This document shows positions 8,536 to 17,430 of a stretch of DNA of 27,169 nt, one piece after another; within the stretch, counting starts at the first letter, position 1, and each line of letters opens with the position of its first letter. Source of the stretch: a bacterium (GTDB lineage Bacteria > Zixibacteria > MSB-5A5 > GN15 > FEB-12); the NCBI GenBank assembly GCA_043811375.1, contig JBDRNJ010000001.1, positions 1 to 27,169 on the forward strand. The letters run 5' to 3'. The notes below the pieces were generated by a model. That model was not told the DNA's origin, searched no databases, and saw only the letters and a list, made by a program, of their open reading frames with translations. A program made the translations under genes and the position numbers.

Positions 8536-9948
8536 ATGAACTGGATTCCCCTGAGCATTGTCGCTTCGTATATCATCCTTCTCTATGCGATTACCTGGCT
8601 GACCCGTCGCCTTAGTCGAGGAGGAATGGTAGGTTACCTTCTGGCCGGGCGAAGTCTTCCGTTCTGGGTAGTCGCTCCGTTGTTGGCAGGCCTCGCCGTC
8701 GGTGGCGCTTCCACCATTGGCGTCGCCGAACGCGCCTACAGCGTCGGTATATCAGCCGGATGGTACAACGCCGCCTGGGCCGCCGGGGCGCTGCTGGTGG
8801 GTCTGGTTGCCGCCAGTCGCTACCGTAAACTGGAGGTTAGTACTCTTCCTGAGCTTTTCGAGAGACATTACAGCACCTCCGGCAGAGTCATTGGAGTAAT
8901 CGGACAACTCGTCCTGCAGTTGGTGATTACTTCACTTCAGTATGTTGCCGGTGGCGCTATCCTTTCGTCCCTGCTTCCCGGCGTGTTCAGTTTCCAGACC
9001 GGGATGCTGGTCACGGCGGTGGTGTTTGTGGGGATAACGTTGATAGGAGGTTTCTGGGCCGCCGGCCTGACGAATATCATCAACGTGGTTCTTATCTATG
9101 TGGGAGTCGTTCTGGGAGCTGTCATGGCGGTGGGAAAAGTCGGAGGCTGGGGTGAGATCGTCGCCGGACTTCCCTCCGGACATCCCGGTTTTGATCTTTC
9201 AGCAATCGGCTGGGGGCTTATTATCGCCTGGTTTGTGGTCATGTGCACCACGATCTTTTCGGTGCAATCGGTAGCCCAGATCAGCTTTGCGGCTAAGGAT
9301 TCGCGGTCGGCCAGAAACGGTTTCATCCTGGGCGGATTGATCATTCTGCCGATCGGTTTCATCAGCGCCGTTATCGGCATCGCGGCGACTATTCTTCATC
9401 CGGGGATCATAGCCACCGAAGCGTTACCCCGCACGGTCCTGAGCCTGAGCCCGGTGGTGGCCGGTATCATTCTGGCGGGACTCTGGGCGGCTGATGTCTC
9501 CACCGCCTCCGCCCTTCTGGTTGGCAGCGCCACCCTGGTGGTGGGCGACTTAATTAAAAGATTCTGGGTGCCCGATATGAAAGAAAAACAAGAGCGACTG
9601 ATTTCACGCCTGTCGATCCTGGTGTTGAGCATACTCACTTATATCATGGCTGTTTCGGTCTCAGGCATTCTCAAAACCCTGCTCATCGGCTTGACGTTGA
9701 CCACGGCTTACACCCTGGTGACGTTGATGACTATCTTCTGGCCCGGGGTGTGTCGGCGGTCCCACGCCACCTGGACTTTGCTGATGGGGATGGCGGCTCT
9801 TATACTTTGGCTTGTTTTCCCCCAGTTTCCTTCGTTCTTTCAGAGTATAGGACTACCCCATCCAGTCTTCTTCTGCTGGATGGTGAGTCTGGTGACGTTT
9901 TTTGCCGTGGCAGTATTTGACAAGAGAAAGATAACCGTGCGCCGGTGA
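8536..9948 (+). CDS. Sodium:solute symporter (SSS/SLC5) family transporter
   Basis: 470 aa, highly hydrophobic; YLLAGRSLP, TLPELFERHY, GGFWAAGLT and A-AADVSTAS motifs. Confidence 0.9.
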   Translation: MNWIPLSIVASYIILLYAITWLTRRLSRGGMVGYLLAGRSLPFWVVAPLLAGLAVGGASTIGVAERAYSVGISAGWYNAAWAAGALLVGLVAASRYRKLEVSTLPELFERHYSTSGRVIGVIGQLVLQLVITSLQYVAGGAILSSLLPGVFSFQTGMLVTAVVFVGITLIGGFWAAGLTNIINVVLIYVGVVLGAVMAVGKVGGWGEIVAGLPSGHPGFDLSAIGWGLIIAWFVVMCTTIFSVQSVAQISFAAKDSRSARNGFILGGLIILPIGFISAVIGIAATILHPGIIATEALPRTVLSLSPVVAGIILAGLWAADVSTASALLVGSATLVVGDLIKRFWVPDMKEKQERLISRLSILVLSILTYIMAVSVSGILKTLLIGLTLTTAYTLVTLMTIFWPGVCRRSHATWTLLMGMAALILWLVFPQFPSFFQSIGLPHPVFFCWMVSLVTFFAVAVFDKRKITVRR

Positions 9949-9990
9949 ACTCGGGAGGTAACCATCAAAACCAGTAACAACAATACTCCG

Positions 9991-10914
9991 TTGCGCGTTG
10001 GAATAATCGGTATGGGTCCCATAGGATGTACACTGGCGGCTCATCTCATCGAAGCCGGAGCCTTCGTGATCCCCTGTGACGTCGATCATGAAAAGATCGA
10101 CACGATCAAAAAAGAAGGCATTCGCCTGGAACACACTATTGAGAAAGAAGTCAGGGTGAGTGAAGCCTGCTATTCAATCCAGGAACTGCAGGAGTACGAT
10201 CTTGATCTGGCGATTATCTCAGTGAAGGCACCCAGCCTGAAGAAAGTGGTCCCCCTGCTTTCAGAGGCAGCTTCAGAGCGTATGTTCGTCATGTGCGCTC
10301 AGAATGGACTGGACAACGAACAGGACCTCGCCGAAACTTTCGGCGAGGACAGAACGTTACGCATGGCGGTCAATTGTGCCGGTGGCATGAGTACGCCCAA
10401 CACTGTGGATGTCACATTTTTCAACCCGCCCAACTACGTTGCAGCTCTGACAACTCGGGGAAAAGCAATTGCGGACGATATCGCCCGGTTGCTCAGTTCG
10501 GTCGATCTCCAGACAGAAGTCTCCGACAACATTCGTAACCACACCTGGATAAAAACGATCTTAAACGCCGCCCTGTCGCCCGTCTGCGCCGTCACCGGGA
10601 TGACCATGAAAGCTGTCATGGATCACCCCGAAGGTCTTCGGCTGGTCAAAGCGATTATCGATGAATCCGTCATCGTGGCTCAGGCAGAAGGGATCAAGTT
10701 AGACAAGGATTTTCGGCAGTCATGTATCAAATACCTGCAGGCTGCCGGTTACCACCGTCCCTCCATGCTGGTGGACCTGGACAACGGTCTGCCGACAGAG
10801 ATCGATTACTTAAACGGGAGAATCGCGGAATACGGGCAACGTCACGGTCTGGACGCGCCAGTTAACCGGACAATTACGGCTTTCGTTCGTATGCTGGAAA
10901 GCTCATCGAAATGA
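9991..10914 (+). CDS. panE: Ketopantoate reductase (PanE/ApbA) family oxidoreductase
   Basis: GMGPIG Rossmann, VKA, QNG, W.K...N, SMLVD and TEIDYLNG motifs. Start uncertain (TTG 9991 or ATC 9964); the substrate may not be ketopantoate. Confidence 0.85.
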   Translation: MRVGIIGMGPIGCTLAAHLIEAGAFVIPCDVDHEKIDTIKKEGIRLEHTIEKEVRVSEACYSIQELQEYDLDLAIISVKAPSLKKVVPLLSEAASERMFVMCAQNGLDNEQDLAETFGEDRTLRMAVNCAGGMSTPNTVDVTFFNPPNYVAALTTRGKAIADDIARLLSSVDLQTEVSDNIRNHTWIKTILNAALSPVCAVTGMTMKAVMDHPEGLRLVKAIIDESVIVAQAEGIKLDKDFRQSCIKYLQAAGYHRPSMLVDLDNGLPTEIDYLNGRIAEYGQRHGLDAPVNRTITAFVRMLESSSK

Positions 10915-10940
10915 ACCATGAAGCCGGTAATGAGTCAGGC

Positions 10941-10974
10941 TTGACAATCAGCGAAAACAGATGAATAGTACTAT
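10941..10974 (+). promoter_or_regulatory. Possible internal promoter/operator upstream of had
   Basis: TTGACA at 10941-10946; palindrome ATAGTACTAT at 10965-10974 overlaps -10-like hexamers with non-ideal spacing. Confidence 0.3.
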
Positions 10975-10986
10975 CAGGAGGAAATA

Positions 10987-12042
10987 ATGAAGGAAATACA
11001 TGCCTATCAAATGACCGCCAAAGATAAGCCTTTCCAACAGGTTGCTTTCCCGATGCCGGAGATCGCGGAGGGCGAAGCTTTGGTGGAGGTTGTCGGCTGC
11101 GGTGTCTGCCACACCGACCTGAGTTTCTGGCATTACGGTGTGCCCACCCGCCATGAGTTGCCGCTTGTTCTGGGACATGAAATCAGCGGTATGGTTCTTG
11201 AGGGACCGTCTGAATTGAAAGGCAAGCCGGTAATCGTACCGGCGGTGTTGCCCTGCGGCGAATGTGAATTGTGCAAAACGGGACGGAGCAATATCTGCCA
11301 GAAACAGAAAATGCCCGGTAACGATTTCAACGGCGGGTTTTCAAGCCATATCGTAACCCCGGCCCGGTTCCTGACACCGGTGCCCGACAAAGCTCTGAAG
11401 GCTCACACCCTGGCGGAGCTCTCCGTCATCGCCGATGCCGTAACGACACCATACCAGGTGATTATCAAGAGTGATCTCAAGGAAGGTGATTTTGCCGTCG
11501 TCATCGGTGTCGGCGGCGTGGGCATCTATGCCGCTCAATTGGCAAAGATATTCGGCGCCCGGGTGCTGGCGATTGACGTTGACCAACAGAAACTCGATCA
11601 ACTCGCCGAGATCGGCGTGTCGGCAACAATCAATTCCAAGGGTCTTGATATCAGGGAGACAAAAAAGAAAGTCAAAGGCATCTGCAAAGAGCTGGGTGCG
11701 TCACCGTTCGGCTGGAAAATCTACGAGATGTCCGGCACCAAAACCGGCCAAGAACTGGCCTTCGCTCTTTTAGGTATTGCCGGCTCGGTGTCCATAGTGG
11801 GTTTCACTCTCGACAAACTGGAGGTCCGTCTCAGCAATCTCATGGCCTTTGACGGCCAGCTTATCGGCACCTGGGGCTGCAAGCCTGAACTTTATACCGA
11901 TGTCATCAATCTGACCGCTGAAGGTAAACTGAAACTTAAACCGTTCACCGAAACGTTTCCACTGTCACAGATTAATGACATATTCAAACAGACATTGGAG
12001 CATAAGTTACTGAAGCGATCAGTGTTGACTCCGGATTTTTGA
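10987..12042 (+). CDS. had: 6-hydroxycyclohex-1-ene-1-carbonyl-CoA dehydrogenase (Zn-dependent MDR; BamQ-like)
   Basis: GCGVCHTD, GHE, CGECELC...C, QKMPGND, RLSNLMAFD and G.WGC motifs; adjacent to oah and dch. Confidence 0.92.
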   Translation: MKEIHAYQMTAKDKPFQQVAFPMPEIAEGEALVEVVGCGVCHTDLSFWHYGVPTRHELPLVLGHEISGMVLEGPSELKGKPVIVPAVLPCGECELCKTGRSNICQKQKMPGNDFNGGFSSHIVTPARFLTPVPDKALKAHTLAELSVIADAVTTPYQVIIKSDLKEGDFAVVIGVGGVGIYAAQLAKIFGARVLAIDVDQQKLDQLAEIGVSATINSKGLDIRETKKKVKGICKELGASPFGWKIYEMSGTKTGQELAFALLGIAGSVSIVGFTLDKLEVRLSNLMAFDGQLIGTWGCKPELYTDVINLTAEGKLKLKPFTETFPLSQINDIFKQTLEHKLLKRSVLTPDF

Positions 12043-12123
12043 GATGAACGAACATTTTGTGCATGTAGCACACGAGATCAGGATTCTGAAATAACAAAGT
12101 CTGTAAAAATAGGAGAGCAGGAA

Positions 12124-13209
12124 ATGGGCAATAACGTTGTCAGTCACGATCTGGTTGATGTAGAGTTCAAGGAAATCCTTTACGAGTTGCGTCCCTGTCT
12201 GGATGTCAAGGGTCAGCCGGTGGACGGCCTGTATAACGCCTGGATTTCTTTGAATAATCCCAAGCAGTATAACTCATACACTACGGCGGCGGTCAAGGAA
12301 GTCATTCTCGCTTTCCGCAAAGCCTCCAATGACCGATCGGTGGTAACGGTGGTGTTTACGGCTGTGGGAGATAAGGCCTTCTGCACCGGCGGCAACACCA
12401 AGGAGTATGCCGAGTATTATTCCGGACGGCCGCTGGAATACAAGCAGTACATGCGGCTGTTCAATGACATGATCACGACCATTCTTATGTGCGACAAGCC
12501 GGTTATCTGCCGCGTGAACGGGATGCGCATCGCCGGCGGGCAGGAGATCGGCATGGCTTGCGATTTTGCCATTGCCAGCGACCTGGCTGTTTTTGGCCAG
12601 GCGGGACCCCGACATGGCAGCGCCCCGGACGGCGGCAGCACTGATTTTCTGCACCTGTATGTTGGCATTGAACGGGCGATGCAAAGCTGTACGCTGTGTG
12701 ACATGTGGAGCGCCTATGAAGCCAAAAGCTATGGCCTAATAACGGAGGCGGTGCCGGTCCTGATAGTGAACGGCAAGTTTGTGCGCAACCCGCTGGTGAT
12801 TACCGATCGCTGGCTGGATGATTCCGGTGCGATGGTATACGGTAAAGCCAGAACAGGCGATGATCGCAAAGCCGGTAAAGAAACACTGGCCGGCGGCACG
12901 GTTGACCTGACGCCCCTGGACGACAAAGTAAATGAGCTTTGCACGAAGTTCCTTTACCTGATGCCGGACTGTATCAACAAAACACTCAACAGCCTTCGAA
13001 AGAAGAAGCTGGAGCACTGGGATAAAAACCAGCAGAGTAACCGCGACTGGCTGGGGTTGAACATGATGACCGAGGGAAAAGCCGGCTTCAGAGCCTTCAA
13101 TGAAGGTCCCAAAGGTAACCGCGAAGTCGATTTCATCAAGTTACGCAAGATGTTGTCCGAGGGACACGCCTGGGATGATGAACTCCTCAACGCTATCTTG
13201 CCGAAGTAG
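12124..13209 (+). CDS. oah: 6-oxocyclohex-1-ene-1-carbonyl-CoA hydrolase (ring-opening; BamA-like)
   Basis: QYNSYTT, AFCTGGNTKEYAEYY, YMRLFND, VNGMRIAGGQE, GQAGPRHGSAP and WL.LNMMTE, characteristic of the BamA/Oah family. Confidence 0.96.
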   Translation: MGNNVVSHDLVDVEFKEILYELRPCLDVKGQPVDGLYNAWISLNNPKQYNSYTTAAVKEVILAFRKASNDRSVVTVVFTAVGDKAFCTGGNTKEYAEYYSGRPLEYKQYMRLFNDMITTILMCDKPVICRVNGMRIAGGQEIGMACDFAIASDLAVFGQAGPRHGSAPDGGSTDFLHLYVGIERAMQSCTLCDMWSAYEAKSYGLITEAVPVLIVNGKFVRNPLVITDRWLDDSGAMVYGKARTGDDRKAGKETLAGGTVDLTPLDDKVNELCTKFLYLMPDCINKTLNSLRKKKLEHWDKNQQSNRDWLGLNMMTEGKAGFRAFNEGPKGNREVDFIKLRKMLSEGHAWDDELLNAILPK

Positions 13210-13214
13210 ACGCT

Positions 13215-13991
13215 ATGGCTGACAAAATCCTGACAGAATCGCTGCACGACAACCAGGTCATCCGGCTGACGCTCAACGCACCCAAAGCCAATGTCCTGGA
13301 TGCCGAGATGATGACTGACTTGCAACAGGCGCTGGAGAACCTGCGTCAGAATCCGGGTGTAAAGCTGCTGCAATTCATCGGCGCCGGGGATCATTTCTGT
13401 TTCGGCGCCAGCGTGCCGGAGCACGTGCGTGACAAAGCCCCGGCGATGCTAAGACAGTTTCACCGGTTGTTCTATACTATGGCGGACCTGGCTATTCCCA
13501 CGGCGGCGCTGATCTCCGGCCAATGCCTGGGTGGCGGCATGGAACTGGTGCTCATGTGCAACTTCATTTTTGCCGATCAGACGGCCAAACTGGGGCAGCC
13601 GGAAATCAACCTCGGTGTATTTGCACCACCGGCTTCGGTGATACTGCCTATGAAGGTGGGGCAGTCGAGAGCGGACGATCTGCTGCTGTCCGGCCGGATA
13701 ATCTCGGCCGATGAAGCATTGAAAATAGGATTGGTTGCTGAGGTTTTTAGTGACCACGAGTCGATGCTGACCGGAGTTGATGCCTGGGTTAAAAAACAGA
13801 TACTGTCCAGGAGCGCGGCATCTTTGCGACATGCCGTCAGAGCCGCACGCCTTGAGTTCAACAACGTCATCAAGACGAGACTACCCCAACAGGAAAAGCT
13901 CTACATCGATGAACTGATGACCACCCACGACGCCAACGAAGGTATCCAATCATTCCTGGAGCGGCGCAAACCGGAGTGGAAAGATAAGTAA
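13215..13991 (+). CDS. dch: Cyclohexa-1,5-diene-1-carbonyl-CoA hydratase (BamR-like crotonase)
   Basis: PKANVLD, HFCFGASVPEH, GQCLGGGMEL, GQPEINLGVFAP and LMTTHDANEG; context with had and oah. Confidence 0.92.
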   Translation: MADKILTESLHDNQVIRLTLNAPKANVLDAEMMTDLQQALENLRQNPGVKLLQFIGAGDHFCFGASVPEHVRDKAPAMLRQFHRLFYTMADLAIPTAALISGQCLGGGMELVLMCNFIFADQTAKLGQPEINLGVFAPPASVILPMKVGQSRADDLLLSGRIISADEALKIGLVAEVFSDHESMLTGVDAWVKKQILSRSAASLRHAVRAARLEFNNVIKTRLPQQEKLYIDELMTTHDANEGIQSFLERRKPEWKDK

Positions 13992-14045
13992 CGAGACAGG
14001 TCGGGTGGCCCGCTCTTTTCCGTCATCCCTACGTAGGCAGTTCCA

Positions 14046-14152
14046 GTAGGTCAAGCCCACTTGGGGCTTGACATCCCTATGTCACGCCGCCAGTCGGCGT
14101 GACCTACAAGTGTATAACAGGTTTTGTCATGCTGAGCGGAGTCGAAGCATGA
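14046..14152. repeat. REP cluster between convergent operons: inverted GTAG doublet plus a GTCA-type unit
   Basis: GTAG-GTCAAGCCC-ACTTG-GGGCTTGAC (14046-14072), inverted GTAG-GTCACGCCG-ACTGG-CGGCGTGAC (14081-14107), and TGTCATGCTGAGCGGAGTCGAAGCATGA (14125-14152). Confidence 0.8.
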
Positions 14153-14175
14153 TTCACAATAACCAGAAAGTAGGT

Positions 14176-14628
14176 TCATGTCGCCGAATCAGCTTTCGAC
14201 CAGCTTGTCCCCGGTTTTTCCAGCGAGTAGTAGACCTTGATTTCCTCCAGTTCCTCGAATATACGAGGAACCACCTGTAGCTCCATGCCAATCTTGATCT
14301 CATCCTCGGATATAGTGTCACCGAACCAGGCCAGCAACCGGCCGGTTTCTTTCAGGTCAACCACACCGATGCTGTAGGGCGCGACGTCTTCAAATCCCGT
14401 CGGGGCGGCGTGGATCTTGGTGTGAGTGATGAGCTTTCCCTGCCCGCTAAATTCCTTGAATTCGAAATCACCTGAGAGACACTGGCTGCAATCAGCCCGC
14501 GGCGGGAATGACTCATACCCGCACTTTTTGCATCTGGACCCCATCAGGTGTCCGTCCTTGAGGTGATCGGCAAATTCCGTGACTTTGGTATACGGAGAGA
14601 AATTGACTTTTCCAAACCACTTGAACAT
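14176..14628 (-). CDS. DUF35 Zn-ribbon/OB-fold protein (thiolase partner)
   Basis: From MFKWFGK (ATG 14628, GGAGG-like RBS): CKKCG..FPPRADCSQC zinc ribbon followed by an OB-fold; immediately downstream of the thiolase. Confidence 0.9.
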   Translation of the reverse strand: MFKWFGKVNFSPYTKVTEFADHLKDGHLMGSRCKKCGYESFPPRADCSQCLSGDFEFKEFSGQGKLITHTKIHAAPTGFEDVAPYSIGVVDLKETGRLLAWFGDTISEDEIKIGMELQVVPRIFEELEEIKVYYSLEKPGTSWSKADSAT

Positions 14629-14632
14629 GAGC

Positions 14633-15787
14633 TTAGTCCCTCCTGAGGACTTGGACAAAACAGTACTGTCCGATACCGCCCACATTGTGAGTGAGTCCGA
14701 TATCGGCGTTTTTCACCTGGCGTTCCCCCGCCTCGCCCCGGAGCTGTTTGACGATCTCAACCGTCATGGAAACCCCGGTGGCGCCAATCGGGTGACCCTT
14801 GGCCTTCAGGCCGCCGTCGATATTCACCGGTGTTCGGCCGTCGGCATACGATTGTTTCTCTTCGATAAACCGTCCACCGGCCCCTTTATCACAGAAGCCC
14901 AGGTCTTCATAGGCCATAATCTCCGCTATCGTAAAACAATCATGCACTTCGGCGACCTTGATATCTTTCGGTCCAACTCCCGCCATTTCATAGGCAATGC
15001 GTGACGCATCTTCGGCGCTTGGCAACCCGGTCAGGTGCGGCCTTCTGAGAACCGACATACTGGCCGTGGCACACCCGAGACCATCGAGCCAGACGACAGG
15101 TCTGGAACTCTGTTTGGTGATCTCTTCGGAAGCTAAGATCACACAGGCGGCTCCATCAGCGTTGGCGCAGCAGTCATAGACCTGAAAGGGGTCGGAAACC
15201 GGGTCCGACTCCAGCGCCTTTTCGATAGTGATCTCTTTTTGAAACAGCGCGTTGGGATTCCTGGCGCCGTAGTAATGATTCTTGACCGCTACCTGGAGCA
15301 GTTGCTCGCGGGTGGTGCCGTATTCATGCATGTGGCTCTGGGCAAACATGGCGTAGTAGGCCGGGAACGTGGTGCCGAAAACCGATTCCCACTGCACTTC
15401 GCCCACCCGTCCCATCAGGGCCAGTATTTCCGGGGTGGAAAGCTCGGTCATTTTCTGGCAGCCGATAACGGCCATAAGACTGTGAGCCCCGGATTGTATG
15501 CCCATCCAGGCGGTACGAATAGCGGCGCTGCCGGATGCGCAGGCAACTTCGGTCAGCCAGGTCGGCTTCGGATTCAGACCCAGATATTCCTGTACGACTC
15601 CGGGAAGCGAACGCTGCTTATGATATTCCGGTACCGAACCGATAACTGAGCCGTCGATATCTTTAGGGTCTATCCGTGCATCTTCTACTGCCTCACGATA
15701 AGCCTCAAATGCCAACTCCTGAACGGTGGCATCACTTCGCCGACCGAATTGTCCGTGTCCTATCCCTATAATTCCCACTCGGGGCAT
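14633..15787 (-). CDS. SCP2-type (SCP-x-like) thiolase
   Basis: ACASG, DCC..ADGA, EVHDCF, GGLKAKGHPIGATG and HNVGG motifs. Confidence 0.92.
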   Translation of the reverse strand: MPRVGIIGIGHGQFGRRSDATVQELAFEAYREAVEDARIDPKDIDGSVIGSVPEYHKQRSLPGVVQEYLGLNPKPTWLTEVACASGSAAIRTAWMGIQSGAHSLMAVIGCQKMTELSTPEILALMGRVGEVQWESVFGTTFPAYYAMFAQSHMHEYGTTREQLLQVAVKNHYYGARNPNALFQKEITIEKALESDPVSDPFQVYDCCANADGAACVILASEEITKQSSRPVVWLDGLGCATASMSVLRRPHLTGLPSAEDASRIAYEMAGVGPKDIKVAEVHDCFTIAEIMAYEDLGFCDKGAGGRFIEEKQSYADGRTPVNIDGGLKAKGHPIGATGVSMTVEIVKQLRGEAGERQVKNADIGLTHNVGGIGQYCFVQVLRRD

Positions 15788-15798
15788 ATCGGTTCCTC

Positions 15799-16548
15799 CT
15801 AAATGTATTGACCGCCGTCAATTTTGAAAACCTCTCCCGTTATATGGCGAGCTTTGTCTGAACAGAGAAAAGTCACCAGGTGAGCTACGTCATCCGGAGT
15901 GGCGATACGTCCCAGAACGGTCTCGTCAACAGCCACGTTGAGAAACTCGGCCGGTATGTTTCTGGCCATGTCGGTCAAAACCATGCCCGGCGCAACAACA
16001 TTCACGTTGACGTTAAACTTGCCCAGTTCCTTGGCCAGGGCCTTGCTCATAGCAATCTCCCCGCCCTTGGATGCCGAGTAGTTAGTCTGCGCGAACTTAC
16101 CCCGGAGACCGTTTATTGACGATATGTTGATAATCTTGCCGCCTTTCTGATCCTTGAACACAAGTGCGGCTGCCTTGTTGTAGTTGAAATAGCCTTTGAG
16201 GTTGACGTTGATGACCTGGTCCCACTGCTTTTCGGACATCTTCCAGATAACCCCATCCCAGTTGATACCGGCGTTGCACACCAGGATATCAAGTCTCCCA
16301 AACTCCTTGATCACGGTTTGAACCATGTTCTGGGCATCGTCATGGCTGGAAACGTCCGCCTTAATAGCCAGGCCCTTCCTGCCCATGGCGGTTATTTCTT
16401 CAACCACCTTATTTGCCTCGGTGTCGTGGCGTCGATAGTTCAGAGCCACATTGCACCCTTCACGTGCCAGACCCAGAGCTATGGCAGTCCCGATACCGAC
16501 GCTGCCACCGGTAACTATAGCTCCCTTACCTTCAAGACCAAGATCCAT
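15799..16548 (-). CDS. Short-chain dehydrogenase/reductase (FabG / acetoacetyl-CoA reductase-like)
   Basis: Start MDLGLEGK at 16548 with AAGGAGGA RBS; TGGSVGIG, CNAG, NYSASK and ITGEVFKIDGG. Confidence 0.9.
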   Translation of the reverse strand: MDLGLEGKGAIVTGGSVGIGTAIALGLAREGCNVALNYRRHDTEANKVVEEITAMGRKGLAIKADVSSHDDAQNMVQTVIKEFGRLDILVCNAGINWDGVIWKMSEKQWDQVINVNLKGYFNYNKAAALVFKDQKGGKIINISSINGLRGKFAQTNYSASKGGEIAMSKALAKELGKFNVNVNVVAPGMVLTDMARNIPAEFLNVAVDETVLGRIATPDDVAHLVTFLCSDKARHITGEVFKIDGGQYI

Positions 16549-16758
16549 CCTGTCGTCCTCCTTCGAAAACGGGAAGAAGCGCGTTATATCCCAATATATG
16601 ACTGTCCTTCGATTAAGGATGTCACTACCAACGGATTGAAGAGAATATATCTCGCACACTCGAAAAAGCAACGGTTGTTTGCGACAAAATGGCGTCTGAA
16701 ACCGGACCAGCTTGACATTATGCCACGATTAGCCTTATTTCAACCTGTGACGGAGCCA

Positions 16759-17367
16759 ATGAATATCACCGGAGTTATACTCGCCGCCGGAACTTCCTCA
16801 CGGATGGGGTCGACCAACAAGCTCCTGCTGAAGTACCGGAACCACACTATCATTGAAGCGACTCTTCAGCAATTGGCCCACTCCGGAGTTGACGATCTGC
16901 TGATAGTTACCGGCTTTGAAAGGAGTCGTATCGAAATAGCCGTGGCGGCTCACCTGACGAACAGAATCAGCATTGTTCATAACAGCAATTACCACCTCGG
17001 TCGGGCCGAGTCCATTAAATGTGCCGTTCGACATATCAAGGGTAAGACCGATGCCGTTTTATTCATGGTAGCCGACAAACCGGGAGTTACCAGTGAACTG
17101 ATAGACCGGGCCATTGATCGCTACCGGCAGGATCAGCCGGCGGTTCTCTATGTCGAAACTCCGGTCGGACGGGGTCACCCGATCATATTCTCCCGGGCGT
17201 TGTTCGATGATTTGCTGTTGCTGAATGGCGATTGTGTCGGTGATGAACTGGTTGCGAAATACCGCAATGACCTGGTGAAGATAAAAGACGAAACTCCACA
17301 AATTGATATCGATAACGAAGATGATTACCGAGCCTTACTGATAAAGGAAACCAGTCAACAAAGATGA
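16759..17367 (+). CDS. mocA: Molybdenum cofactor cytidylyltransferase-like nucleotidyltransferase (MocA/YgfJ)
   Basis: Start MNITGVILAAGTSSRMG..NKLLL; ADKP, GHPIIF and DIDNEDDY motifs; adjacent to xdhC and yqeB. TTGACA at 16712-16717 upstream. Confidence 0.85.
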   Translation: MNITGVILAAGTSSRMGSTNKLLLKYRNHTIIEATLQQLAHSGVDDLLIVTGFERSRIEIAVAAHLTNRISIVHNSNYHLGRAESIKCAVRHIKGKTDAVLFMVADKPGVTSELIDRAIDRYRQDQPAVLYVETPVGRGHPIIFSRALFDDLLLLNGDCVGDELVAKYRNDLVKIKDETPQIDIDNEDDYRALLIKETSQQR

Positions 17368-17430
17368 TAAGCATATGCGTCAGTGGTTCGTAATCACCGA
17401 TCAATTCATAATTCATACAGGTGATCGGTC

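Noticed and set aside
14046..14152. CRISPR array
   Set aside because: The repeats are inverted, non-identical hairpins without regular spacers, and no cas genes are present.
16549..16671. N-terminal extension of the SDR ORF
   Set aside because: A strong RBS and the family N-terminus point to ATG 16548.
16318..16758. N-terminal extension of the 349-aa ORF (mocA)
   Set aside because: It overlaps the SDR on the opposite strand; family similarity starts at MNITGVILAAG (16759).
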